DNA of 54,455 nucleotides from assembly GCF_004010195.1 (NCBI RefSeq), contig NC_057719.1:60790158-60844612 (forward strand), in the 5' to 3' direction. Below, in pieces: positions 37,785-49,327 of the stretch; positions within the stretch are counted from its first letter, which is position 1, and each line of letters opens with the position of its first letter. The DNA is from Chiloscyllium plagiosum (taxonomy: Eukaryota). Below the pieces are notes generated by a model. That model had not been told where the DNA came from, searched no databases, and saw nothing but the letters and a program-made list of their open reading frames with translations. The translations under genes and the position numbers were made by a program.

Positions 37785-38569
37785 TCATGGCTGCCAATGA
37801 TGTAGTAACTAAAATAAGGTGATGATAGATTTCATAACTAACAGCAGCAGAAACCTTGGAGACTTCTAGTATAGGAGAAAATTTCAAACACAGAGAAGGA
37901 CCAAGACCACAGAGAGATTTGAAAACAAAGAAGTGAATGTTAAAAATTGAGATAATTTTAGACAAGGAACCAATGGCACTCAGTAAGCATAGGGCTAATA
38001 AACAATTAAGGGTTGATACAACTTAGTTACAGTGCTTTGGATGAACTCAAGCGTATGTATTGACATAATTTTAATCCTACTTAACAGCAAACTCAGTTCT
38101 GCTGATATTATTTAGATTCTGATGGAATTTCCTGATGCTTTCACTGTAATCACTGCAGTCATCTATCTGTACATATGAAAAGAACATTTCAGTTTGTGTG
38201 TGTTGCAGCAGTGCATGTAAGGAGTTTTCTAAGAAGTTTAGTGGCACCTTGAGGCTATTTTTGAACTTTTTTCTTGTCTGTTGCCAATTAGTTGCAGAGA
38301 AGGGTTTGTGCCATCTTTTAGGTATTGCTAACTTGACAAATTAGATCTCCCTCCCCCTTATTATTACTTGAGTACAAAGGAAAATACAATCTTTGAGTTA
38401 TATGGCAGTTCAACTTTACATGGTTAAGAAGCTCAATTTTGATATTTGCTCTGATACAAAACATGAACCTGTGCTTTAATTCTTGTCCATTGTTCATTGA
38501 ATAGTGAGATTTCCATGAATTGTAACATAGATTAAGGATGCCTTACTTCGAGGATGCAATAGCACTGTG

Positions 38570-39697
38570 GACATCACCAACACATTCCACCCTGACCGTA
38601 AATTTACCTGGACCATCTCTGACACCTCCCTCCCCTTTCTGGACCTCTCCATCTCCATTAATGACAGCTGACTTGACACTGACATTTTTTACAAACCCAC
38701 CGACTCCCACAGCTACCTGGATTACACCTCTTCCCACCCTACCTCTTGCAAAAATGCCATCCCGTATTCCCAATTCCTCTGCCTCCGCCGTATCTGCTCC
38801 CAGGAGGACCAGTTCCACCACAGAACACACCAGATGGCCTCCTTCTTTAGACCGCAATTTCCCTTCCCACATGGTTAAAGATGCCCTCCAACGCATCTCA
38901 TCCACATCCCGCACCTCCGCCCTCAGACCCAACCCCCCCAACCGCAACAAGGACAGAACGCCCCTGGTGCCCACCTTCCACCCTACCAACCTTCGCAAAT
39001 CATCTGCCGACATTTCCGCCACCTCCAAACAGACACCACCACCAGGGATATATTTCCCTCCCCACCCATTTCTGCTTTCCACAAAGACCATTCTCTCCGT
39101 GACTATCTGGTCAGGTCCACATACCCCAAAAACCCATCCTCTCTTCCTGGCACCTTCCCCTGCCACCGCAGGAANNNNNNNNNNNNNNNNNNNNNNNNNN
39201 NNNNNNNNNNNNNNNNNNNNNNNNNNNNNNNNNNNNNNNNNNNNNNNNNNNNNNNNNNNNNNNNNNNNNNNNNNNNNNNNNNNNNNNNNNNNNNNNNNNN
39301 NNNNNNNNNNNNNNNNNNNNNNNNNNNNNNNNNNNNNNNNNNNNNNNNNNNNNNNNNNNCTAAACTTCCAGCTCAGCACTGTCCCCATGACCTGTCCGGA
39401 CTTGTCCTACCTGCCTAGCTCCTTTTCCACCTATCCACTCCACCCTCTCCTCCCTGACCTATCAACTTTATCCCCTCCCCCACTCACCCATTGTACTCTA
39501 TGCTACTTTCTCCCCACTCCTACCCTCCTCTAACTTATCTCTCCACACTTCAGGCTCACTGCCTTTATTCCTGATGAAGGGCTTTTGCCCGAAATGTCGA
39601 TTTCGAAGCTCCTAGGATGCTGCCTGAACTGCTGTGCTCTTCCAGCACCACTAATCCAGAATCTGGTTTCCAGCATCTGCAGTCATTGTTTTTACCA
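38570..39697 (+). mobile_element. Second PLE family, RT C-terminal part to pLTR (N gap 39175-39359)
   Basis: TNTFHPDRKFTWTISDTSLPFLDLSISI, YKPTDSHSYLDYTSSHP; terminus ccagcatctgcagtcattgtttttacc is the source of the short elements. Confidence 0.9.
39568..39601 (+). ncRNA. Minimal hammerhead ribozyme motif
   Basis: ttc CTGATGA a gggc tttt gccc GAAA tGTC gat. Confidence 0.72.
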
Positions 39698-40349
39698 CAG
39701 TAGTGTCAACCAAACCGCAGGCATGGAGCTGAAATCCCTTACTTATAATGTGTGAAATTAAATTCAGAACATCTGACTCAGCATCAAGAAAAAAAATGAC
39801 AATGTCACCAATCTGTTACTCTTACCTTTTACTGCCATTGAAATCATGAAATTAATGGCTAAGAAATGGAAGTTGACCAGCAGCAGCTTTCCTGATCAAG
39901 TATGTCAGCTTGTCAACATTATCTGCATCCATGATCAATGTTTATTAATGTAGTATGGTCTATGCATATTAGATATATAATTTGCCAGTTGGTTTCCAAT
40001 TATATTTTCTGGTCCTGTGTGTTCCTTTCATGCTTTTACCACACCTTAAACAGGTAATGTCAAAATCATATAATAGAAATTAGATCTGAACAGAATTGAC
40101 ATATACATTGAGCACTGAAAGCATATCTGCAAATAACATCCGTTGGAATGAAAGTCAATTCTCCTTCATTCAAATCCTCAAATAATCTTTCTTGGCACCT
40201 TCCCAAAATATCCTTTGTCAAGATTATGTCATCATACAAAGTGCTATAAATGTGTTCTTCTTCGCTAAGGATACAATCAGAGAATGTGTGATATATGGAT
40301 GAAAGAAAATTGACATAATAACAGCAATTAAAGTACTCCCTTCAAGTAA

Positions 40350-40518
40350 TCTCCTGAACACCACAGTCTAAACCCTCAAACTCTGCCATCTCGAAGAACA
40401 ATGCCCGTAGATGCACGGGAACACTACTTCTTGTAAGTTTCCATTCAATTCTCACACCATTCTGACTTGAAACCATGTTGCCATTTCATCACTGATTCTG
40501 GGTCAAAATGCTGGAACT
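40350..40518 (+). mobile_element. 3' fragment of second CR1-clade LINE
   Basis: Homologous to 15215-15335 and inverted relative to 40650-40800. Confidence 0.65.
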
Positions 40519-40519
40519 T

Positions 40520-41445
40520 TTTTTTATTTATTCACTGGCGGGACATGGGCGCTGAAGGCTGGCCAGCATTTATTGCTCTTGAGAAGCCTCCTTGAACTGC
40601 TGCAATCTATGTGTAGTAGGGAGACCCACAATGCCGTTAGGGAGGGAATTGCAGGACTTTGACCCAGTGACAATGAAGGAATGACATTATATGTCCAAGT
40701 CAGGATGGTGAGAAGTTTGTAAGGGAATTTGCAGGTGGTGGTATTCCAATGTATTTGCTGCCCTTGTCCTTCTAAATGGAAGTGGTTGTGGGTTTGGAAG
40801 GTTCTAATGATCGTTGGTTAATTTCTTTAGTGCATTTTGTAGATAAAACACACTGATGCTACTGAGTGTCAGTGGTAAAGGGACTGGATGCTTGTGGATG
40901 TGTTGTCAATCAAGCAGACTGCTATATCCTGAATGGGGTCAAGCTTCTTGTGTGTTATTGGAGCTGCATCTATCCAGCAAGGAGACAGTATTTGAACACT
41001 TTCCTGACTGGTGTCTTATAGATGGTGAACAAACTTTGAGAGTCAGGAGAGAAGTTACTTGCTGCAATATTCCTAGCAGCTGACCTGCTCTTGGGAGCTA
41101 CTGTATTTATATGGCAAGTCCAGTTTATTTCCTGGTTAATGGCAACCCAAAGGATGTTGACAATGGGATATTCAGTGATGGTGATGCCATTGAATGTCAA
41201 AAAGCAGTGGTTAGATCATCTCTTATTGGAGATGGTCATTGCCTGGCATTTGTGGCACAAACGTTACTTGCCACTTGTCAGCCCAAGCCAGAATATTGTC
41301 CAGATCTTGACACATTTGAATATGGACTGCTTCAGTATCTAAGGAATTGTGAATGGTACTGAACATTGCACAATTCCTACGTCTGACTTTGTAATGGAGG
41401 GAAGGTTATTGATGAAGCACCTGAAGATGACTGGATCTAAGACAT
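40520..41445 (-). mobile_element. Second CR1-clade LINE 3' region with tail
   Basis: NILWVAINQEINWTCHINTVA..LFTIYKTPVRKVFKYCLLA; tail gctggccagcatttattgc. Confidence 0.8.
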
Positions 41446-42080
41446 GATGAAGCAATTAAAATCAGAGGTCCTCAGGAGGCAGAATTTATGAAGTACAGAT
41501 TTCTTGTGAGGTTGTGGGGCTTGAGGACTCTCCAAAAATGGGAAGAGGGCAACACAGAAAGATTCAAAAACAAGAATGAAAATTTTAAATTGAAGGTTTT
41601 GCTTAGCTGGGAGCTAATCTGGGTCAGCAAGCAGAAGGGCCATAGTGGAATGGGACTTGCTATGATTTAAGACAGAGGCAACAAAGGTTTGGATGACCAC
41701 ATTGACAGAGGGTCAAGTTTGGGGAATGAATTAGGAGAGAATTGGAACAGTCAAGTCTAGAAGAAACACAGGCTTGGGTGAGGGTATTAACAGGAGACAG
41801 ATTGGGTGTTGTTACAGAGGTGGAAACAAATGGCTTTATGATGGTACAAGTATGTATTCAATAGACAATAGACAATAGGTGCGGGAGTAGGCCATTCTGC
41901 TGTTCGAGCCTGCACCGCCATTCAATATGATCATGGCTGATCATCCTTAAGCAGAAGGTCATGGGGGGGAGGGGGTTGAAATATGATACCAACATTGAAT
42001 AGACAGTTTTTGTAATTTGGCAAGGAGAGGTCTGGAATAGGTAAAATCTCTAAAACAGGCCATAATGCTTTTCTTATAAT
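41446..42080 (-). mobile_element. Old L2 fragment with short CR1 tail inserted at ~41859-41948
   Basis: gattcaaaaacaagaatgaaaattttaaattga resembles 37915-37950; (caataga)n CR1 tail. Confidence 0.55.
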
Positions 42081-42084
42081 TAGG

Positions 42085-42249
42085 GAGAGATGACTGATGG
42101 TAGCTTAACCTGAGGGTCACCATGCCTCATGTGAGGAGAAAGGTTGAGAAGGAGAGCCCTTCATGGTAACCTCAGCTGGTGCGGGAATTAAACCCATACT
42201 GTTAGTATATTACTCTACATTACAAACCAGCTGTCCAGCCAACTGAGCT
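42085..42249 (-). mobile_element. tRNA-derived SINE, family distinct from HE1
   Basis: Minus strand AGCTCAGTTGG (A box) and GGGTTTAATTCC (B box). Confidence 0.65.
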
Positions 42250-42644
42250 TTCCTGGACTAAACTGGAAAAAGTAGTTTGGGAATAGATTTTGGAGCAGGA
42301 ACTGAAAATGATGATGGTTTGGATTTTCCCTCAGACAGCCAATCTTTATTTCATGCACAGACAGGAGTTGCACTTAGACACACTGCGGAATCCCTTTGTA
42401 GCTGATTCCAAAAGAATTGTCCATGAAATTGAAGATTCTGATGGGAAATTCCCCTCTCCCCACCGAAAGTCTCTGTTTAAATTGCAGGATTCATGAAAAT
42501 GAGGTATTTATTCACTCAGCAAAATTTAGACCAGTTTAACTTCTCAATAACTTTCAAATGACCCAATGTTTAGCTCACACAGATCCAAATACATTTCTCC
42601 CAGATACTTATCTGACATTCCTTTTTCACTCCCTGGGATTTTTT

Positions 42645-43625
42645 TTTTAAATCATTCATAGGATGTGGAAGTCACTGGCTCGGCCAGTATTTATTACTCA
42701 TCCCTCAATGCCCAGAGGGCAGTTAAGAGTCAACCACATTACTGTTTGTCTGAAGTCACATTTTACCACAGCAAGTAAGGATGGTGGTTTCCTTCCTTAA
42801 AAGATATTAGTGAACCAGATGTGTTTGTCCTGACAGGTCCAGGTACATAATTCTTTGAAGTTTACATCACATATAAATATGGTGGTTAAGGTGTTCAGCA
42901 TACTTGCCTTCATTGCTCAGACCTTTGAGTACAGGAGTTGGGATGTTATTTTGAGATTGTACAGGATGTTGGTAAGGCCTATTCTGAGTACAGTGCCCAG
43001 GGAGGGGGTTGGGGCTGGGGGGGAAGGTAACTGGGAATGCGATAGGTACTTGAAGGTGGGGGTGAAGGTGATAGGTCAGAGTGGAGGGTAGTGCCAAATT
43101 GGAAGGTTGGATCTGAGTACTCACTGGAGCATAGGAGGTTGAGAGGTGACCTTAAGAGGTTTATAAAATCATGCGCGGTATGGATAGGGTGAATGGCAGG
43201 TGTCTTTTCCCTAGCATGGGGGGGTTTCAAGACTAAGGGGCATAGTTTTAAGGTGAGGAGAAAGATTTAGAAAAGACATGAGAGGAAATTTTTTAACAGA
43301 GAGTGGTTCATGTGGTTCCTGAGGAAGTGGTGGATGCGGGTAGAGTTAAAACACCTAAAAGACATTTCGATAAGTACATGCATAAGAAATGTTTCAATAG
43401 GTATGCGCCAAGCACATGGGACAATTTTGAGATTTTGGTTGGTATGGAGTTGTTGGACCAAAGAGTCTGTTTCTGTACTGTTAACTCTATGACTCTATAA
43501 ATATGACTCTGTGACAAACAACAATGGTCTCAAGATCATCATTCGAATCTTAAGTCCAGGTATTAATTGAATTGAAATTCAACAATCTGCTATGCCAGGA
43601 TTCAAACCCATCCCTCCCAAAAAGA
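42645..43625 (-). mobile_element. SINE related to tRNA-headed LINE, split by CR1 at 42836-43512
   Basis: 42645-42835 reverse complements 48500-48720; B box (ggattcaaaccc on plus) at ~43598-43609. Confidence 0.7.
42836..43512 (+). mobile_element. CR1 3' part containing a 116-bp PLE-derived patch
   Basis: LAFIAQTFEYRSWDVILRLYRMLVRP; tail ctctatgactctat. Confidence 0.88.
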
Positions 43626-43664
43626 CTCTAGGTATGTGCTTTAGTTTATACTTGTAATTTGTAG

Positions 43665-43968
43665 ACTTGATAAAGAGGAACTGGTGGATGTGGCTTATTT
43701 GGACTTTCAGAAGGCTTTTGATAAGGATCTGTTCAAGAGATTAGCAATAAGCAGGTTTTTTTTCTGAGTGGTAAGCAATGACTAGTGTGGTACCACAACA
43801 ATCAGTGCTTGGACGAGAGCTATTCACTATATATATATATAAATTATTTAGATGAGGCAATTAAATGTTACACCTTCAGGTTTGCAGACGACACAAAACA
43901 GAATGGGAGGGTGAATGCAGAGATACCACACAGTCATAGTGGCTCTCGTCAGACCACATTTAGAATAT
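43665..43968 (+). mobile_element. CR1 RT fragments
   Basis: VDVAYLDFQKAFDK, RFADDTK, ALVRPHLEYC. Confidence 0.8.
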
Positions 43969-45977
43969 TGTGGTGCTGGAAAAGCACAGCCAGTCAGGCA
44001 GCATCCGTGGAGCAGGAGAATCGATGTTCCAAGCATAAGCCCTTCATCAAGAATGAGGCTTGTGGCCCAAGGGGGCTGGGAGATAAATGGGAGGGGGTTG
44101 GGGCTGGGGGGAAGGTAACTAGGAATGCGATAGGTACTTGAAGGTGGGGGTGAAGGTGATAGGTCAGAGTGGAGGGTAGTGCCGAATTGGAAGGTTGGAT
44201 CTGGGATAAGGTGGGGAGGAGGGGAAATGAGGAAACTGATGAAATGCACACTGATCCAGTGTGGTTGGAGGGTCCCAAATCGGAACATGAGGTGTTCTTC
44301 CTCCAGGCTTCAGGTGGTTAGGGTTTGGCAGTGGAGAATGCCCAGGACTTGCACGTTCTTGGTGGGGTTGGAGTGGGAGATAAAGTGTTCAACCATGGGG
44401 CAGTAGGGTTGCTTAGTGCATGTGTTCAGAGATTTTCTCTGAAACGTTTCGCAAGTTGTCATTCTGTCTCCCCAATGTACAGGAGACCACATTGGGAGAA
44501 ATGGATACAGTAGATGACATGAATGGAAGTACAGGTAAATCTCTGTCGGATGTGGTAGGATCCTTTGGGGTTTGGACAGAGGTATGGGGGGAGGTGTGGG
44601 TGCAGGTTTTGCACCACTTGCGGTGGCAGGTAAGGTGCTGGGAATGGAGGGTGGGTTGGTGGGGGCTGTGGATCTAACAAAGGAGTAGCAGAGGGAATGA
44701 TCTCTTCAGACTGCAGATAGGGGTCAAGAGAGAAATATATTCCTGGTGGTTGGGTCTGTTTTTAGGTGGCGGAAATGGCCGAGGATGATGCGATATATCC
44801 GGAGGTTGGTGGGGTGATAATTAAGGACAATGGGAGTTCTACCCTTGTTGCAACTGGATGGGTGGGGTTGAAGGATGGAAATGTGGGAAGTGGAGAAGAT
44901 GCGCTAGAGGGCATCGTCAATCATGTGTGAAGGGAATTTGCTGTCTTTGAGAAAGGAGGCCATCTGGGATGTTCTATGATGGAATTGGACCTCCTGGGAG
45001 CAGATGTGGCAGAGGAATTGGGAATAAGGGATAATGTTTTTACAAGATGCAGGATGGGAGGAGGTGCAGTCCAGGTATCTGTGGGAATCGATGAGTTTGT
45101 AGTCGATGTCCATATTGAGTTGGTCACCGGAAATGCGGATGAAAGGTCCAGAAAGGAGAGGGAGGTGTCCAAGATGTTCCAGGTGAACTTTAAGTCTGGG
45201 TGGAAGGTGTCAGTGAAGTTAAAGAACTGTTGATGAGGTGTCACTGATACAGTCATTGATGTAGCAGAGGAAAAAGTGGGGAATGGTGCCAGTGTAGCTG
45301 TGGAAGATGGACTGTTCCACATACCCGACTAAGAGGCAGGCATAGCTGGGGCCCATGCGGGTGCCCATGACCACCCCTTTGGTCTGGAGGAAGTGGGAGG
45401 ATTTGAAGGAAAAATTGTTGAGGATGAGGACCAGTTCAAGCAATTGAATTAGAGTGTCAGTGGAATTGTACTGGCTGGGTCAGCGTGAGAGGAAGAAACA
45501 GAGTGCTTGGAGGCCTTTGTCATGACTGGATGTCCATGGTAAAGGGGGGGCACTGGGGGCCGGGGAAACAAAAGTCCTGGAAATGGTGGAGGGTGTGGGT
45601 GGTGTCCTGAACATAGGTGGGTAGCTCCTGGATCAAGGGGGACAGGACAGTGTCTAGGTATGCAGAAATAAGTTCGGTGGGGCAGGAGCAGGCCAAGATG
45701 ATGAGTCGGCCGGGGCAATCAGGTTTGTGGATTTTGGGTAGGAGGTAGAACTGGGCAGTGTGGGGTTCCTGGACTATAAGACTGGAGGCTGTAGATGGGG
45801 GAATCCCCTGAGGTGATGAGGTCGTAGATGGTCTGGGAGATGATGGTTTGGTGAGGGGAGGTGAGGTCGTGATCGAGGGGGCAATAGGAGGTGTCTACAA
45901 GTTGGTGCCTGGCTTCAGTGACCTCTACACTGCTGAAGCCACGTGTCAACTCGCGGACATGTCCTCCTACTCCCCCA
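43969..45977 (-). mobile_element. Second PLE family: RT + GIY-YIG + pLTR, frameshifted
   Basis: KGVVMGTRMGPSYACL, CYINDC (decayed YIDD), CTSIHVIYCIHFSQCGLLYIGETE; decayed hammerhead ~44024-44051. Confidence 0.92.
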
Positions 45978-46860
45978 AAACCTACTCCATGGATCCTCGG
46001 TTGATCAGGATCAGTCCTTTCCAGAAAAAGGTGTTTTGACATTGCTGTTCCTTTAGCTGCCCTTCTCCAGCTCTGCTGGTTTTGCTCAGAGCAATGATGT
46101 CAAAGTTAAATCTTTGAGTTCCTGGGCAGCAAAGGCAGTTCTCCTCTCTGGCTGGTCTGAGTTTGGGTTATCCATCAGAGTTCGTATACTCCAGGTTCCA
46201 AATTGCATAGCTTCACTTCCTGATGTTTTTCAACTGCATAATGGTGATCACTCTGGACATGGCTTTCCAGACAGGATGAGGTGAAGCAGACTATTTTTAG
46301 GGCACCTTTTCTAGTACCCTCCCAGTTCAGGGTAAGCAGAATGGATCCTAAATAGGGCTGCTCAGACATGAATACTGCTACCGAACGACTTTCCTGCTTC
46401 TGTCCAAAAGTTGAGTAGCTGAATCAAGTATTCACTGCTTTCGAGCCAGTTGTTAACTAGGAGCTTCTAGCTGTCACATTGTCTGCTCCTGTCGCCCTCC
46501 CCCAATTGCCGAAAGATTTGAAGACATAGCCCACAGAGCGAAGACGCCTGTGTGTGCATTTGTTTAACGTGCACTTGATGTTGCACTCCAAGAAGCATAC
46601 AATACTTCACAGATCAACTAACTGATTCCAATGGCATGGAGACCATGACGATTGGAGCTGGTGGATTTGTTGCAGCCTTCATCTGCCTTCATAGTGTTGA
46701 GTTTGAAGTAACTTCGTCTGCCTGTTTCACCATTGAGGTCTTGGTTGGATTGTTCTTTGTCAGAGACTTCGCCCTTGACCTTACCGCCATGGGCGAGCAT
46801 AGCTCCAGACAGAATTGCTCACGAGATATCAGGACTATACACGACAAGGTGACAATCCAT
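45978..46860 (-). mobile_element. RTE-clade LINE 5' end (5' UTR + APE endonuclease start)
   Basis: From ATG 46208: MQFGTWSIRTLMDNPNSDQPERRTA../FDIIALSKTSRAGEGQLKE..TFFWKG../RIHGVGF. Confidence 0.85.
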
Positions 46861-46877
46861 GGAGAGACTCTGTCTAC

Positions 46878-47120
46878 GGATGACGAGAAACTTCTTCAGC
46901 CAAAGAGTAGTTAATCTTTGGAATTCATTGCCACAGAATGCTGTGGAGACCAGGTCATTGAGTATATTTAAGATAGAGATAGCTAGGATTTTGATTGTTA
47001 AGAGGATCAAAGGTTACGGGGAGAAGGCTGGAGAATCAGGTTGAGAAACTTATGACTGATTAGTGGAACAGACTCGATGCATTGAATGACCTAATTTCTG
47101 TTCAGATGTCTTATGGTCTT
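46878..47120 (+). mobile_element. CR1 3' end
   Basis: RNFFSQRVVNLWNSLP; tail tcttatggtctt. Confidence 0.88.
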
Positions 47121-47127
47121 AAAAAAG

Positions 47128-47632
47128 TCAGAGTCATTAAGAACAGGAATAGACCCTTTTTGGTCCTACTCATCTTTGCCGATCAGTTGCCCTAAACTGA
47201 ACTGGTTCCATTTGCCAGTGTTTGGCCCATATCCCACTAAACTTGTTCTATTTATGTACCTGCCCATATGTCCTTTAAATTTAGTAATTGCCTCTACCAC
47301 TTCTCCTGGCAGCCCATTCCATCAACACACCACCGTCTGTATGAAGAAGTTGTCCCTTGGGTCCCTTCTAAATCTTTCCACTCTCACCTTAAACCTATGC
47401 TTTGGATATCCTCACCCTTAGAAAAGGACTTTAGCTATTCACCTTATCTATGCCAGTCATGATTTTCTAAGCCTCTATAAAGTCATGCCTCAGCCTCTGG
47501 CACTCCAGGGAAAAACGTCTAGATTATCCAGCTTCTCCTTATAACTCAAATCCTCCAGTCCCAGACACATCCTTGTTGATATTTTCTGCACCCTTTCTGG
47601 TTTAACAACATCCTTCTTATAGCAGGGCGACC
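47128..47632 (-). mobile_element. CR1 3' end
   Basis: SPCYKKDVVKPERVQK; homologous to 53815-54340. Confidence 0.88.
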
Positions 47633-47634
47633 CG

Positions 47635-48125
47635 TGTGATTTGGACATTGAGTGGGAAATTGCACAGCAGATGAAGTACGATATAAATAAATGGGAGGTT
47701 ATTGACTTTTGATAGCCAAAACAGCATGATAGATTATTATCTGAATGGCAATAGATTGAAAAAGGAGCAGGTTCAACAAGACCCAGGTATTCTTGTTCAC
47801 CAATCAGTAAAAATATGAATGCAGGTGCAACAGATGGTGAAGGAGACAAATGTTACTTTGGCCATCATTACAAAAGGATTCTCCACCCAGAGAAATCACT
47901 TCAACCAGAGAATGCTGAACCTGTAGAATTCTCTGCCACAGAATGTAATTGAAGCCAAAACATTGAATGTTTTTGAGAAGGTTTTAACTATGTATCTTTA
48001 GACTAAAACGATCAAATGGTATGGGGAGTAAGCAGGAACAGGGTACTTAGTTGGATGATCAGCCATGATTATGTCGAATAGCACTAGGCTTGAACAGCCA
48101 AATGGCCTGCTCCTGTTTAAATGTA
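47635..48125 (+). mobile_element. CR1 3' fragments
   Basis: QMKYDINKWEVIDF; tail homologous to 52100-52338. Confidence 0.75.
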
Positions 48126-49180
48126 TCTTTCATAGTATGTGAGTGTCACTGGCAAGAGCAGCATTTATTCCCTGACTCTTAGTTTCCTTGAGAAAGTAGT
48201 GGTAAGGTGACAGGTAGTGCAGTATAGTAGATGCAGGTACACGCAAAGTGCCAACTAAAAGGAAACAATAGCAGATGTGTGTTGGTGTCGTGGTAATGAG
48301 TTTAAACTAATAAAAGCTGTGGGTTCAATTTTGTTGTTCCAACTGGTGGATTTTAAAATCAATCCATAAATTGGTTAATTATTTATTTAATCCGAAATGA
48401 GAACCTGGATTGAACAGTTAGTCTAGTAATGGAATTAAAGCTAATTTCATGAACAAACTGTTCCTTTTCACTAATGGAGACCATGAGCTATAATTAATTG
48501 TTGGGATAATCCATCTGGGCTCATTAATGTTCTTGAGGGAAAATAATCTTCCATTCTTACCCATACGATCTGATCCAAATGCAACTCCACATCAAAAGCA
48601 ACGTGTTTGACTCTTAACAGTCTCTGAAATGGCTCTGTAAGCTATGCCATCCAAGAGCAATTAGGGATGAACAACAGATCTCAACCTTGCCAGAAATGCT
48701 CTCACCCATTAAGAGATTAGAAAAAGAAGTTCCGGGATTAAGATTCCCTGACAATAAAGGAATGGCAATATATCTTCAGGTGAGGACGATGTGTGGCATG
48801 GAGGGAAGCTTGAAGGAGGCACTGGTTTTAAAGGCACTCTCAAAGTAACCTTGTGAATTTGCTGTCATATATCTTATAAATAGAAAACTCTGCTGCCACT
48901 ATGCTTCGATGGTGAAGGAAAGAGGTGTTTAAAGTGGTGCATGTGGTACCAGTCTAGTGGGCTGTTTTGTCCTGGATGATGTTGGCTTCTTGAGTGTTGT
49001 TGGAGTTATGTTCATTCAGACAAGAGGAAAATATTGCATTACATTCCCGATTTATCTTGTAGATGGAGCAAAGGCATTGGGATGAGAAGAGGGGTGCAGA
49101 ATCTCAGTCACTTGTCCTGCTCTTGGATTCACAGTATTTACATGGCAGTTCAGCTTTGGGTCAGTGTAAATCCTGAATGA
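48126..49180 (-). mobile_element. Second CR1-clade LINE 3' region, split by its SINE at ~48275-48725
   Basis: 48126-48260 and 48726-49180 match 40530-41150. Confidence 0.65.
48275..48725 (+). mobile_element. SINE related to tRNA-headed LINE, near full length, old
   Basis: ggtgtcgtggtaatg A box, gggttcaatt B box, body as 24329-24490, tail agcaattagggatg. Confidence 0.7.
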
Positions 49181-49327
49181 GAATGCATTTTAAATTATCC
49201 ATTTCATTTCAGACATTAACTGAATCTTGTATTCTCACACCTTTACTGATGAATTCCAGGCAGTGGAAGCAATGAATTGCTCCAGAGATATAACACTTCA
49301 CAATTTCGAAATCTTGTTCTTAATTCT

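Larger units (their letters stand above)
32085..38050 (-). mobile_element. Old L2 3' region split into three pieces (32085-32132, 34896-35070, 37785-38050)
   Basis: Pieces read as one L2-like tail once CR1 and PLE are removed; third piece resembles 41445-41700. Confidence 0.6.

Noticed and set aside
38538..39533. Long ORFs of 331/281 aa here, and those at 36711-37438, 49916-50398, 51183-52199
   Set aside because: Lengths inflated by N-runs; real parts are PLE or CR1 frames
46618..46914. Short ORFs as processed pseudogene
   Set aside because: Lie in the presumed RTE 5' region; no poly(A), TSD or recognisable protein
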